64,000 nucleotides of DNA from Bacteroidota bacterium (GTDB lineage Bacteria > Bacteroidota > Ignavibacteria > Palsa-1295): positions 1,423-65,422 of the forward strand of contig JAJPIQ010000036.1 of the NCBI GenBank assembly GCA_021324685.1. Direction: 5' to 3'. This document shows positions 27,530 through 37,391 of the stretch, piece after piece. The stretch's first letter is position 1. Every line of letters starts with the position of its first letter. The notes under the pieces are model-generated. The model was not told where the DNA came from and ran no database searches. It worked only from the letters and a program-made list of their open reading frames with translations. The position numbers were made by a program, and so were the translations under genes.

Positions 27530-30259
27530 TTATGCCTTAGGCAGGACTTCGACTTCCGGTATTTTTTTGCGGCGGCGGGAGTAGGTAAAGCTTGCAACGC
27601 CGATACCCAATCCGATAAGCGCAATGACATTCGAAGCAAGCGAAAGTGCACGACCGGTCGAATATTTTGGATCGTAGTAGGTAAGTTTTAGCTCGTGCTG
27701 ACCCGGAGGGATAGCAATAGCACGGAACGCGTAATCCGCGCGATAAATGGGTGTTGTCTTGCCATCGAGGGTTGCCGACCAATCGGGATACCATGTGTCG
27801 GACATGAAGAGCAAACGATTCCCATTCGTTTTTGTGCGAATCGTGATGTCCTCGTTCTTATAGTCCATTTGGAGCGTTTCCTGCGCCGTATCGATCGGAT
27901 TTGTCGCCAGCGCAGGGATTCCATTGGGAGCTTCGTCGAAATAGACGACGTCCCTCGGATTGAAGGTACCATCGTGCATGGCATGTAAAATATCGAGCTT
28001 CGGCTTTACCTCATAGCGATACGCAAAGAACGCGCGGGGCAAAACTTGCGGATTTTGCCATACGACGGTCGGGGTCTGCTTTCCGTTTTGCGAGGCCGGC
28101 GCTTCTTTCGAAATGAACGCTGGAACGAAACGGCTCTGGTCTTCCGTCAGGCTTCCATTGGCAATGATATACTTGGTATTCAGAAGATTGAACATGAACG
28201 GATTAAAAATTCCGTTCCCCTGCATATTGCCGGTCTCGTCGACCACGTCCTGGAATTCCCGCATTTTTGCCGCATGGTAGCCACCGGCCGTCTGCAGGCC
28301 ATAGCTGACCAGTTTGTTCGAGGGGTTCGATTCCGTGAGGTCGGTCACACGGAAGAGCGATTTATCCTGCTGAATAAATTGAATGTAATCGTGATCGGCA
28401 AGATTGCTTTGATAATCATCTTTGGAAACGATTTCAAGCGGACGCGAATCGATGCGCCAGAGATCGATCACCGTAAGCAGGAGCAACCCTGCCGCAAGGA
28501 GGACCGGCGAAACTTTTCGTTTCAGGAAATAAAAGATAAGTGCGCAGGCCAGCGTGACCAGGAGCGAGCAGACCAGCGCGTCGTTCGCGGCCACCGATGC
28601 GATCCACTCTTTGAGCACATCGAAATACTGCGGCAGTTTTCCGCGGCTCATGGCGCTCTGGATGCCGCTGGTTACGGAGGATTCGATGGCGCCGCGCAAA
28701 ACGATCGAGATCACCAGGAACGCACCGGAAAGATACAGCGCGACTTTGAAATATTTCTGAAGGCGGGTATCCTCCTCGGTATTACGAAGTTTCCAGACGC
28801 GTAGGACTTCCTGAAGGGCAAGGGCCGCCAGAATGGGAAAGGCGAGCTGCATCAGCACGAGCGCCATCATCGGAGCTCGAAACTTATTGAACGTCGGGAA
28901 GTAATTGAACATCGGCCGGAAGAGGATCGGCCAGTTCCCGCCGAACGATAGTAAAATAGCGAAGATCGTCACGATGGCAAGCGGCGCCACGAGCCGGTCT
29001 CGTTTCCATAGCGAGAAGATCGCGACGAGCGCGAGCGCAAAGACGATAATTCCGGTGTAATTCGCAGCATCCGTTCCGTTCATTTGCCCCCAGTAACTGG
29101 GAACGGTTTCTCCCGGCTGGATATTCGGGTCGGAGCCGCTATACGGCATTTTCCCAAAACCGTAATATCCCGGAATGATAAATGTAATGACCTCCTGCGG
29201 AGAGAACGACCATGCCGTGGCATAACCCCAGTCGAGGCCCCCGGAAGACGTGGTCGCCTCGTTCGTAGCATTTTTATTTTGGGAGGCCTGATTTTGTACG
29301 TCCTGGATCGGTGCTTTCCCGCGAATGGAATACGGCTCGTAGCCGAGCGACGCCATATATCGGTCCGCCGACATCGAAAAAGCGATTCCAGCGGTAAGGA
29401 GCGTAAGGACGGCCGAGCGAATAAGCGGCATCAGATGATGGCTGCGGCCCTCCTCGGATGTCCTGAGAAGTTCCATCACCAACGACGTGATAAAATAGAT
29501 CAGTACCGCAAGCCCAATATAGAAGATCATCTGCATATGGATCGATTCGAGCAGCAGATGAAAGGCCGTCGCTAAGACCGCGGACCAAAAGACGATCGAC
29601 TGCCAGTCCTGTTTTGGCTTTCGCAGTTTCTCGATCCCCATCAGGATGTAGGGGAACGTCATGACGGCAAAGATCTTCGTATTATGACCGATCATGATGT
29701 AGGTGATAATCCAGGTCGAAAAGATCGCCGTAAAAGCGCCGAAGAGCGCAACGAGCCGGGAAGTATTTCGCGTGGCGCGCAGCAAAAGATACGTCCCCAG
29801 GCCGAAGATGAAATAATGCCAGATATGGATCATCGCATCTTCGTTCGGAGAGATCGCGGATGGGATCGATTGCAGGACATTGAACAACTCATGCAGGATG
29901 TCGTACGTACGCGCACCGGTCACGACGAGGGCGGAGAACGCCGGCATTCCACAAAAAATGTTCGGGATCCATTGCGGCATGGCATAGCCCTGCGCTTTGG
30001 CCGCATCGAGGAAGGGGCGTAGCGCATCGAATGCGAGATTGTCCCCAGCATTGAAGACGTGACTGGAGTCCAGGACGCCACGAAAGAAAATGATCAGCGA
30101 TAAAAAGATCGCAACGACGGCGGCGAGATCTCGCCATTTTTCGGGAAGGAATCGGCCGAGGGATTCCGACAGGGCATCCGGTTTCGGCGAAGTAACATGA
30201 GGATGTTTCTGTTTCGAGATCGCCGGACGTGCCGGCGAAGGTCGGGTCTGTGTAGCCAT
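27530..30259 (-). CDS. YfhO-family (GT-C-like) large polytopic membrane protein
   Basis: 909 aa with many TM helices. The C-terminal part ...WYPDWSATLDGKTTPIYRADYAFRAIAIPPGQHELKLTYYDPKY...SLASN plus a terminal TM helix matches the YfhO-type layout. Confidence 0.6.
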   Translation of the reverse strand: MATQTRPSPARPAISKQKHPHVTSPKPDALSESLGRFLPEKWRDLAAVVAIFLSLIIFFRGVLDSSHVFNAGDNLAFDALRPFLDAAKAQGYAMPQWIPNIFCGMPAFSALVVTGARTYDILHELFNVLQSIPSAISPNEDAMIHIWHYFIFGLGTYLLLRATRNTSRLVALFGAFTAIFSTWIITYIMIGHNTKIFAVMTFPYILMGIEKLRKPKQDWQSIVFWSAVLATAFHLLLESIHMQMIFYIGLAVLIYFITSLVMELLRTSEEGRSHHLMPLIRSAVLTLLTAGIAFSMSADRYMASLGYEPYSIRGKAPIQDVQNQASQNKNATNEATTSSGGLDWGYATAWSFSPQEVITFIIPGYYGFGKMPYSGSDPNIQPGETVPSYWGQMNGTDAANYTGIIVFALALVAIFSLWKRDRLVAPLAIVTIFAILLSFGGNWPILFRPMFNYFPTFNKFRAPMMALVLMQLAFPILAALALQEVLRVWKLRNTEEDTRLQKYFKVALYLSGAFLVISIVLRGAIESSVTSGIQSAMSRGKLPQYFDVLKEWIASVAANDALVCSLLVTLACALIFYFLKRKVSPVLLAAGLLLLTVIDLWRIDSRPLEIVSKDDYQSNLADHDYIQFIQQDKSLFRVTDLTESNPSNKLVSYGLQTAGGYHAAKMREFQDVVDETGNMQGNGIFNPFMFNLLNTKYIIANGSLTEDQSRFVPAFISKEAPASQNGKQTPTVVWQNPQVLPRAFFAYRYEVKPKLDILHAMHDGTFNPRDVVYFDEAPNGIPALATNPIDTAQETLQMDYKNEDITIRTKTNGNRLLFMSDTWYPDWSATLDGKTTPIYRADYAFRAIAIPPGQHELKLTYYDPKYSTGRALSLASNVIALIGLGIGVASFTYSRRRKKIPEVEVLPKA

Positions 30260-30331
30260 AGGTAAAATGGAGGCGAGTGGCCGCTATCCCTGTTTAACGG
30301 TACGGGCACGCCGGGCGTTCGCAAAAAAACG

Positions 30332-31018
30332 CTATCGCCACTCGATTCGCACTACGTTGCTTGTCGTGCTGTCCTCGACAAGAATATTCCGGATATCGGA
30401 GTTCGAGAACGTTTCAACATTGAGTTTTCCAAGGGCAATAAACCCGAACCCGATCGAGAAACTCGAATCGGGCTGCACGGACGAAATGATTCCAGAGTTA
30501 GGATCGAAAGAGGTCGGAAGGAACGTAACGCGAGATTCCGACGGGTCGAATTGCAGGACCCGCAAGTTCGAGGAAGGTTCCGTCGGCACGTACTGGATGC
30601 CGAAGGTCGATCTGCGAAAGAGGATACTGTCCTGCAAAGGACGTACGATTTGCGGTTGCGGATGCGCGGAAATGAGTATTTCGAACGACGTATCCGGATC
30701 GGTATAAGACCAGTCGTATTCGCCGGAAGCGGCTTCAATAAAAACGTTCGTGTCGGTCGAGGCATTTTTTGTATCGACCACCGTTTCGCCATTGCAGGTA
30801 ACGATTACGCCGGTTTCAAAACCGGCTTTTCCATTCTCTGTGAACGTCGCGGACGCTTGCGCTTCCATAAAGTTTCCCGAAGATTGAATCAGGGTCGTCT
30901 TTACGACCAACGTGCGGGCAGCAGGGTCCAGCGCGATCTGCCTGTTAAGTTCCGTCGTCGTTGGGCCGGAACATCCGGCCATGGCGAGCAGTAGCGAGAG
31001 CATGCACCACTTCGTCAT
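30332..31018 (-). CDS. Hypothetical lipoprotein (co-oriented, immediately upstream of the YfhO-like gene)
   Basis: MTKWCMLSLLLAMAGC SGP lipobox. No recognisable domain. Confidence 0.55.
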   Translation of the reverse strand: MTKWCMLSLLLAMAGCSGPTTTELNRQIALDPAARTLVVKTTLIQSSGNFMEAQASATFTENGKAGFETGVIVTCNGETVVDTKNASTDTNVFIEAASGEYDWSYTDPDTSFEILISAHPQPQIVRPLQDSILFRRSTFGIQYVPTEPSSNLRVLQFDPSESRVTFLPTSFDPNSGIISSVQPDSSFSIGFGFIALGKLNVETFSNSDIRNILVEDSTTSNVVRIEWR

Positions 31019-31116
31019 GTCGTCTTCTTTTGTACTTTAAAACCCGCGAACCCTGCAATAGTTACAGGGTGATGCGGGCGTGGAAATAACTCTGCCGAGG
31101 CAACTGTTCCATATTC

Positions 31117-32442
31117 ATGGATTCCTCCTTTCCTCAAATGATCGGTTCGGGCCTTTGGATGGCCCTTGTGATGTTCTGGCAAATGTTCTGGGCGCTCGCA
31201 CTCGGGTTTTCGATTTCGGCTGCGGTCCAGGCCGTCGCTTCGAAACACGATATTGCACAGCTTTTACCGGACGACTCCCCTACATCGCTCCTTAGAGCGT
31301 GCGGTCTCGGTGCAGCTTCCTCCTCGTGTTCGTATGCAGCCACGGCTATTGCGCGGTCGCTCTTTCGAAAGGGCGCAAATTTCACTTCGTCCATTGCATT
31401 CGAATTCGCTTCGACGAACCTCGTGATCGAGCTTGGCATCCTGCTTTGGGTCCTGATCGGCTGGCAATTTACCGTTGCGGAATTTTTAGGAGGGTTCATC
31501 ATGGTCGCCATCCTTGCGTTAATCTTTCGGCTTTTTTTAAAACAGCGAATGGTCGCAGAAGCCCGTAAGCAGACCGATCGGGGCGTTCCCGGCCTTATGG
31601 AAGGCCATGCGGCGATGGACATGAGCATCGAAAACAAAGGTTCCGCGTGGAATCGCGTGAGGTCGCCCGAAGGGATCACGGCGATCAGTCATTATTTTAT
31701 TATGGACATTGTGAGTGTCTGGCGAGATATCGCGATCGGCGTCGTCCTTTCAGGCCTGCTCGCCGTCCTGGTCCCGGCTTCCGCGTGGAACGCACTTTTT
31801 TATTCCGGGCATGGTGTGGCCTCCAGCCTGTGCGGTGCGCTCATCGGCCCGATCGTCTCCTTGCTATCTTTTGTCTGCTCGGTTGGGAACGTTCCCATGG
31901 CCGCGGTGCTATGGAACGGAGGCATTTCGTTCGGCGGGGTCATCGCTTTTGTGTTTGCCGATCTCCTTATCCTTCCCATTCTTAACATCTATCGAAAATA
32001 TTATGGCGTAAAGATGATGCTCTTCCTTGCGCTGACGTCGTATGTTGCAATGGCGGGAGCCGGCTTGCTCGTGGAAGCGATCTTCCGGCTCCTCGGTTTG
32101 GTACCCACTTCGCATCCGGGCGTCATGACCGGAATGGGAATGTCCTGGAATTACACCTCCGTGCTCGATCTCGTGTTCGTGATTCCGACGGCGTTCCTGG
32201 CCGTCCGATTTTTCCGGACCGGAGGAGTTCCAATGCTCCGGATGATGAATATGACCGAGGAAGAAATGGCACACGCGCACCATGGGCACGATCATCATTC
32301 ACATACTGCCCACCATCATCGCTCCGATACCGATCAGGGGCATGCGGAGGATCATAGTCACCCTGCCCCTCACCACCATTCCACTCACGACCATACCTCG
32401 CATGACCATTCCACTCACGACCATTCCGTACATCATCATTGA
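31117..32442 (+). CDS. Predicted permease (UPF0718/ArsP-like family) with a His-rich C-terminal tail
   Basis: Polytopic. GLGAASSSCSYAATAIARSLFRKGA and SFVCSVGNVPMAAVLW resemble the two Cys-containing half-repeats of this permease family. The last ~58 residues are about 40% His (HGHDHHSHTAHHH...HDHTSHDHSTHDHSVHHH). Confidence 0.65.
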   Translation: MDSSFPQMIGSGLWMALVMFWQMFWALALGFSISAAVQAVASKHDIAQLLPDDSPTSLLRACGLGAASSSCSYAATAIARSLFRKGANFTSSIAFEFASTNLVIELGILLWVLIGWQFTVAEFLGGFIMVAILALIFRLFLKQRMVAEARKQTDRGVPGLMEGHAAMDMSIENKGSAWNRVRSPEGITAISHYFIMDIVSVWRDIAIGVVLSGLLAVLVPASAWNALFYSGHGVASSLCGALIGPIVSLLSFVCSVGNVPMAAVLWNGGISFGGVIAFVFADLLILPILNIYRKYYGVKMMLFLALTSYVAMAGAGLLVEAIFRLLGLVPTSHPGVMTGMGMSWNYTSVLDLVFVIPTAFLAVRFFRTGGVPMLRMMNMTEEEMAHAHHGHDHHSHTAHHHRSDTDQGHAEDHSHPAPHHHSTHDHTSHDHSTHDHSVHHH

Positions 32443-32547
32443 ATCTTTAAGGGTGGAAAGCGGAATGGAAAACTTTCCGTGCGGGATTCATGGGAGCGTT
32501 CGAATGTTCTCCTTTTATCGTTCTCACGAACTGTAAGATTTCCGGAT

Positions 32548-33585
32548 ATGGCTATAGAATCCCGTTCCGGCTGGCGCAATACACAGCCGATCCAGCGCGA
32601 ATCGATCACCGTGCAGCATTTTTACGAATCGGCGCGCGAGCGGTTCGGCTTGACACTGCTGGCGGGCGAAGAAGGACTCTCGAATCTGATCACCGATAAA
32701 AGCCTGCATCGTCCCGGGCTCGCGCTCGCAGGCTACGTCGGGCTCTTTACGTATCATCGGATCCAGATTTTTGGAAACACCGAAATTTTTTATCTTCGGT
32801 CGCTTCCGCTCGAAGGCCGTGTCAAAGCGTTTTCCACGCTGGCCGGTTTTGCGATCCCCTGCATCGTGGTCACCAGCGGAAGCCCGCTCGACAGGGAACT
32901 TCTGGATATCTGCGACGAAAGGAAAATTCCCGTTTTCGTTTCGAAATTCGAGACGACCAAAGCGGTCTTCTTTATTTCCGATTTTCTCGAGGACCAGTTC
33001 AACCCGCAGACCGTCATCCATGGCGCGTTCGTCGATGTCTATGGCGTCGGCGTGTTGTTCGTCGGCCGCAGTGGCATTGGTAAGTCGGAAGTCGCGCTCG
33101 ACCTCATCGAACGAGGGCATCGCTTAGTGGCCGATGACGTCGTGATGGTCACCCAAAAAGGAGAGAATATCTTAATGGGTGCCGGCACCGATCTCGTGCG
33201 GCACTTTATGGAAATCCGGGGACTGGGGCTCATTAATGTTCGCGAGATGTTCGGGATCCGCGCGATAAGGTTCCAAAAGCGCGTGGAGGTCGTCGTCGAA
33301 CTCGAGGAATGGCACGCCGATGGGGAATATACGCGGACCGGTCTTGACGAATCGACGGCGCAGATCCTGGGTGTGGACGTCCCACACGTCCGCCTGCCGA
33401 TCATAACGGGAAAAAACATTACCGTCATTGCCGAAGTCATTGCGCTCAATTATTTACTGAAGCATTATGGTTACGATGCGAGCCGCGAATTTGCAGCGAA
33501 GCTCGATCAGGTGCTTCAGCAAAAAGGCGCTCATCGGACCGCCGGCAACCGCGTCATCCCATATTTCGAGCACGATTTCGAATAA
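32548..33585 (+). CDS. hprK: HPr kinase/phosphorylase
   Basis: LHRPGLALAG, VIHGAFVDVYGVGVLFVGRSGIGKSEVALDLIERGHRLVADD, MEIRGLGLINV. ATG 32548 is chosen over the longer track start 32479. Confidence 0.9.
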   Translation: MAIESRSGWRNTQPIQRESITVQHFYESARERFGLTLLAGEEGLSNLITDKSLHRPGLALAGYVGLFTYHRIQIFGNTEIFYLRSLPLEGRVKAFSTLAGFAIPCIVVTSGSPLDRELLDICDERKIPVFVSKFETTKAVFFISDFLEDQFNPQTVIHGAFVDVYGVGVLFVGRSGIGKSEVALDLIERGHRLVADDVVMVTQKGENILMGAGTDLVRHFMEIRGLGLINVREMFGIRAIRFQKRVEVVVELEEWHADGEYTRTGLDESTAQILGVDVPHVRLPIITGKNITVIAEVIALNYLLKHYGYDASREFAAKLDQVLQQKGAHRTAGNRVIPYFEHDFE

Positions 33586-33679
33586 GAGCCGATTGCAAAT
33601 TTTCGAATAGTCATTTCGAACTCTGTCCGATGGAGACACTCTATCCGATAAAGACAACCGAAATGTTTTTCTATACTAT

Positions 33680-33721
33680 CTGTCATTAGTCCCTGCTCAC
33701 CTGTCATTAGTCCCGGCTCAC
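33680..33721 (+). repeat. Tandem 21-nt direct repeat (2 copies, 1 mismatch) in the promoter/leader region of the rhodanese-like gene
   Basis: ctgtcattagtccctgctcac / ctgtcattagtcccggctcac, followed by a partial third ...ggctcac at 33729-33735. Confidence 0.85.
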
Positions 33722-33756
33722 GATAATTGGCTCACGCTTTGCGGCAAAGCAACCTA

Positions 33757-34059
33757 ATGTTGGCGCAAATCAGTATTGAAGAACTGCAGGAATCGCTCTC
33801 GGGCCCGAAGCCGCCAAAAGTGATCGATATTCGAGAACCGGAAGAGTACGAACGCGGCCATTTGAAAGGTGCCGAACTGATCCCGCTCCCCAAACTCGCC
33901 CGTGAAATGGACCGCAAATATCCGAACAAGCATGTTTCGGTCGTCATTTACGATGATTTGGGTGTTCGTTCGCACCATGCCGCCCGCCTGCTGCGAGCCC
34001 TGGGCTACCGAAATGTGAAGGAAGTCATTGGCGGATATTCGGCCGCGAGGGCGAGCTAA
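33757..34059 (+). CDS. Single-domain rhodanese-homology protein with Asp in place of the catalytic Cys
   Basis: IDIREPEEYERGHLKGAELIPL ... VVIYDDLGVRSHHAARLL. The loop aligns with C-x-x-G-x-R-S, with D at the Cys position. ATG 33757 is preferred because TTG 33727 lies inside the tandem repeat. Confidence 0.7.
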   Translation: MLAQISIEELQESLSGPKPPKVIDIREPEEYERGHLKGAELIPLPKLAREMDRKYPNKHVSVVIYDDLGVRSHHAARLLRALGYRNVKEVIGGYSAARAS

Positions 34060-34223
34060 ACCGGGCCGCAATCCCGAAGATTTTATCCCGCGATCCCATT
34101 TTTTTCGTATATTTATAAGCTTCGATACGTATTGCGACGTAACTTTCGTTGTGCGGTGCGTGTCCACTGTTGATGGAGCTTTCGCTTCCCAATCTCAAGT
34201 TTTTCACTAATTTCGAAATCGTC

Positions 34224-36524
34224 ATGCAACATAACGTTCGTTACAATTTTTGGCTTTCGCTGGCTTTAGCGATCGCTGCTATGTTCGCGAGTGCGCCGAG
34301 CTTCGCCCAGGCGCCCACGCGACATGTCTATTTGGAAGAATTTACCGGGACCTGGTGCGGCTATTGCCCACGCGGCTGGTATGCGGACAATCAACTCGAA
34401 CAAAAATATGGCAGTCAGGTCGTCATCGTTTGTATCCATGGCCCCTTTAATCCAGGAACGCTCGAAGATCCCTTTCAAACTGCGCAAGCGGATTCGATGC
34501 TCTACGGGATCGGATTCCCAGTTGCCGAAGGATTTTCTTATCCGGGCGGCTGGACGGCGCGGCAGGCGGTCGGAACGACGTGGAATGTCGATCCCACTGC
34601 ATGGATCCACCCCTTGCCCCCATTTGTGACCGCGAACACCCCTGGCCTTGCGGATACGATGGTCGGGACCGCAGCCATGGCGACGGTCAAGGTCGAGAAC
34701 GTCTCCTACAACCAGAGCACGAATATGGTTACGGCAAAAGTAACCGGTGTATTTCAATCCGCTCTCTCGGGCGATTTTCGACTCAATCTGATGGTAACGG
34801 AAGATAGTGTAACGGGTCCAACCGGTACGCCCTATACCCAGAAAGATTACGATCAAACGAATTATTATTATAATTGCCCCCAGCTCGGAGATGCGTCGAA
34901 TCCGTTATATAACCTCGGCGCCGGCCAGGGCTGTGACGGAGAAATTGCGGGCTTTGTACATCGACATGTTTTTAGAGAAGCGGTGGGTGGTGTTCACGGC
35001 GTGCCGGGCATCATACCGGCGAATCCCGCGGTCGGAACTCCGTATTCGATGACGTTTACGTTCCCATTGCCGGCGAGCGTGCTGAACCCGAACCATGTCA
35101 GTTTGGTCGGAATTGTTCATCAGTATAGCGCCACCGATCTCAATGGCAACGAAGTGTACGACGCCATGAGCGTACCGCTTTCGAGCACCTCCATTCCTAC
35201 GCTGCCGAATAAAGTTACGGTCACCTTCGATGCCGGCCCCGCGCTATGGGCGCATGCCGGCGGCGACAGCACGGCCACGGTCTCCGTGGAAAACGATGGA
35301 ACAACGGACGTCAATGTGATGCTTTCGGTCGATCCTTCGACGCTACCTGCGGGTTGGTCTGTCAAGTTTTCGCCGTCGCCCGTTCCGGTCCCGGCCGGTT
35401 CGATCAAGCCCGCAACGATGACGATTACCGCCCCGACTCAGTCCGGATATATTATGCCGACGGTCCTCATTAATCCTCAGGAGACCGGCACCTATATTCC
35501 GACGACGAGCACGACCTTTGGAGCATTAAGCGATAATACACGGTATCCGATCATTTACGATGCTCCGGACGGAGCCACCGGCGCCTCCATTCCAACTGTT
35601 GCCGGGCTTCCGGATACGATGATCGCGCATGCTGCTATCATTCCCTTATCCAATGCCGCTATTGCAGCCTATCAACCGGAAAATTTCCCTGTCAGTATTT
35701 ACGACAATATTGCAATTCTCGATAACGGGGGAGCGTATTCTAATCCGACGATCCTACCCGATATCGTCAACGCGATCGCTTCCGGTAATAAGGTCTTTTT
35801 TAGCTCGAATACAGCTATGTATTTTGCGGAAGATCCTCAGTCGCCGCAATATGCTTCGACCGGAACTCCGGACGTACAGGATTTTTACGCAACGCTAGGG
35901 CTTAATTTCACCTCGACTTCTCAGCGATATAATTCGACTACGGGTGCTTCAACCCCTTATTCGATTAAAGGTGATACAACCCGAATTGGTAATGCAATCT
36001 CTGTGACGAATGCAGGGGGCAGTAAAACTTCCATCTATTCGATCGACTCCAACTCCGTTGCGGATTTTTACTCCGACGGTAAACCGAAGAACATCGTTGG
36101 TTCTCATTATGAGGACCCCGTCACGCATGGAAGGATCGTTTATCTCGGATTTGATCTGGGCAGTATTACACCACAGGCAAAAGCAGATACGATCTATCGA
36201 CGTTCGATCAACTGGTTACTTTCTGCTCCGTCCTCCGGCGTAACGCCGACAGCACCGGGCATAGCCGCGGGTATCTCCGCTTCGCCAAACCCGTTCCGCG
36301 ACATGACGCAGATCAAATATGTGGCTGCTAATGACGAGCGGGATGTTACGTTCTCCGCGTACGACCTGCTTGGACGCCAGGTCGCGAAACTTGCGACCCA
36401 GGCTTCCGGCAATAATACCTACACGGCGTGGTTCGATGGAAGTACGCTTGCGAATGGCACCTACGTGATCATCGCCAATTCCTCGAAAGGAACGCATGAA
36501 GTGCGAGTCGTCAATCAGCAATAA
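34224..36524 (+). CDS. Secreted protein: N-terminal Omp28-related/thioredoxin-like domain + T9SS C-terminal sorting domain
   Basis: Signal peptide ...AMFASAPSFAQA. LEEFTGTWCGYCPRG motif. C-terminus SASPNPFRDMTQIKY...YDLLGRQV...GTYVIIANSSKGTHEVRVVNQQ. Confidence 0.75.
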   Translation: MQHNVRYNFWLSLALAIAAMFASAPSFAQAPTRHVYLEEFTGTWCGYCPRGWYADNQLEQKYGSQVVIVCIHGPFNPGTLEDPFQTAQADSMLYGIGFPVAEGFSYPGGWTARQAVGTTWNVDPTAWIHPLPPFVTANTPGLADTMVGTAAMATVKVENVSYNQSTNMVTAKVTGVFQSALSGDFRLNLMVTEDSVTGPTGTPYTQKDYDQTNYYYNCPQLGDASNPLYNLGAGQGCDGEIAGFVHRHVFREAVGGVHGVPGIIPANPAVGTPYSMTFTFPLPASVLNPNHVSLVGIVHQYSATDLNGNEVYDAMSVPLSSTSIPTLPNKVTVTFDAGPALWAHAGGDSTATVSVENDGTTDVNVMLSVDPSTLPAGWSVKFSPSPVPVPAGSIKPATMTITAPTQSGYIMPTVLINPQETGTYIPTTSTTFGALSDNTRYPIIYDAPDGATGASIPTVAGLPDTMIAHAAIIPLSNAAIAAYQPENFPVSIYDNIAILDNGGAYSNPTILPDIVNAIASGNKVFFSSNTAMYFAEDPQSPQYASTGTPDVQDFYATLGLNFTSTSQRYNSTTGASTPYSIKGDTTRIGNAISVTNAGGSKTSIYSIDSNSVADFYSDGKPKNIVGSHYEDPVTHGRIVYLGFDLGSITPQAKADTIYRRSINWLLSAPSSGVTPTAPGIAAGISASPNPFRDMTQIKYVAANDERDVTFSAYDLLGRQVAKLATQASGNNTYTAWFDGSTLANGTYVIIANSSKGTHEVRVVNQQ

Positions 36525-36543
36525 CAGGATTTGAAAATTTCTG

Positions 36544-36575
36544 AAAAAACCGGGGTTTTGCGCCCCGGTTTTTTT
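36544..36575 (+). terminator. Rho-independent terminator
   Basis: aaaaaaccgggg-ttttgcg-ccccggtttttt, 20 nt after the stop. Confidence 0.8.
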
Positions 36576-36647
36576 ATTCCCTAAACGCAAGCGGCATTCC
36601 TGCCGTTAGAGTAGAGCATTCGTGACTATTCGAGTTATCAATCCCGC

Positions 36648-37370
36648 ATGATGTTCCACCCGGTTGCCCTGTTTTTGGCGAGCCTTGCGGCGGACATCCA
36701 TCCGATCTTTGTCTGGTTCCATCCGCTGGCCTCGATCACATCGGTGATCCTGGGGTTTTTCGAGCGGGCGCTCATGAATTATGGCTATGGGATCGTTTTC
36801 CTCGCCATCATGATCGAAAGTATGGGCGTGCCGTTTCCCGGCGAAACGACGCTCCTCATCGCTTCGGCCTATGCGGCTTCGAGCGGTGTCCTAAATATCT
36901 TTGGCGTAATCGGTTCGGCAGCCGGAGGAGCGATGATCGGCGACAGTCTTGGATACTGGATCGGCCGCGAAGGAGGACGGCGCCTGATCCGGCGGTATGG
37001 GAAATTTGTCGGTCTCACGGAAGACCGTTATCAGCGTGCCCAGGACTATCTTAAACGTCATGGCGGCAAAGCGGTATTCTTCGGACGGTTCGTTTCGATC
37101 GCCCGGACGTGGATCGCCGTGTTAGTCGGGGCGCATCATCTGAATTATTTCCAGTTCCTGCTGTATAACGTCCTCGGGGGGATCGTGTGGGCGTCGATCT
37201 ATGGTTCCCTCGGCTATGCGTTCGGCTCCAACCTGCCGCTGCTGGAGACATGGGTCAAGCGCGCCGGGCTCACGATTACCATCATTGCCATCGTGCTGGT
37301 TATCTATCTTTTCTATCTGCGCCGCAAGCGAAAGTTGGCGAAGCAGCAATTGTCCGAACCCTCCCAGTGA
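36648..37370 (+). CDS. DedA-family membrane protein
   Basis: FLAIMIESMGVPFPGETTLL, GDSLGYWIGREGG, FFGRFVSIARTWIAVLVG. Confidence 0.85.
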   Translation: MMFHPVALFLASLAADIHPIFVWFHPLASITSVILGFFERALMNYGYGIVFLAIMIESMGVPFPGETTLLIASAYAASSGVLNIFGVIGSAAGGAMIGDSLGYWIGREGGRRLIRRYGKFVGLTEDRYQRAQDYLKRHGGKAVFFGRFVSIARTWIAVLVGAHHLNYFQFLLYNVLGGIVWASIYGSLGYAFGSNLPLLETWVKRAGLTITIIAIVLVIYLFYLRRKRKLAKQQLSEPSQ

Positions 37371-37391
37371 CGATCGCCACACGAACGGTCG

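Noticed and set aside
33680-33735. Short tandem repeats (here, 47649-47693 and 56664-56708) as possible CRISPR arrays
   Set aside because: The units are contiguous with no unique spacers, there are only 2-3 copies, and no cas genes are present.
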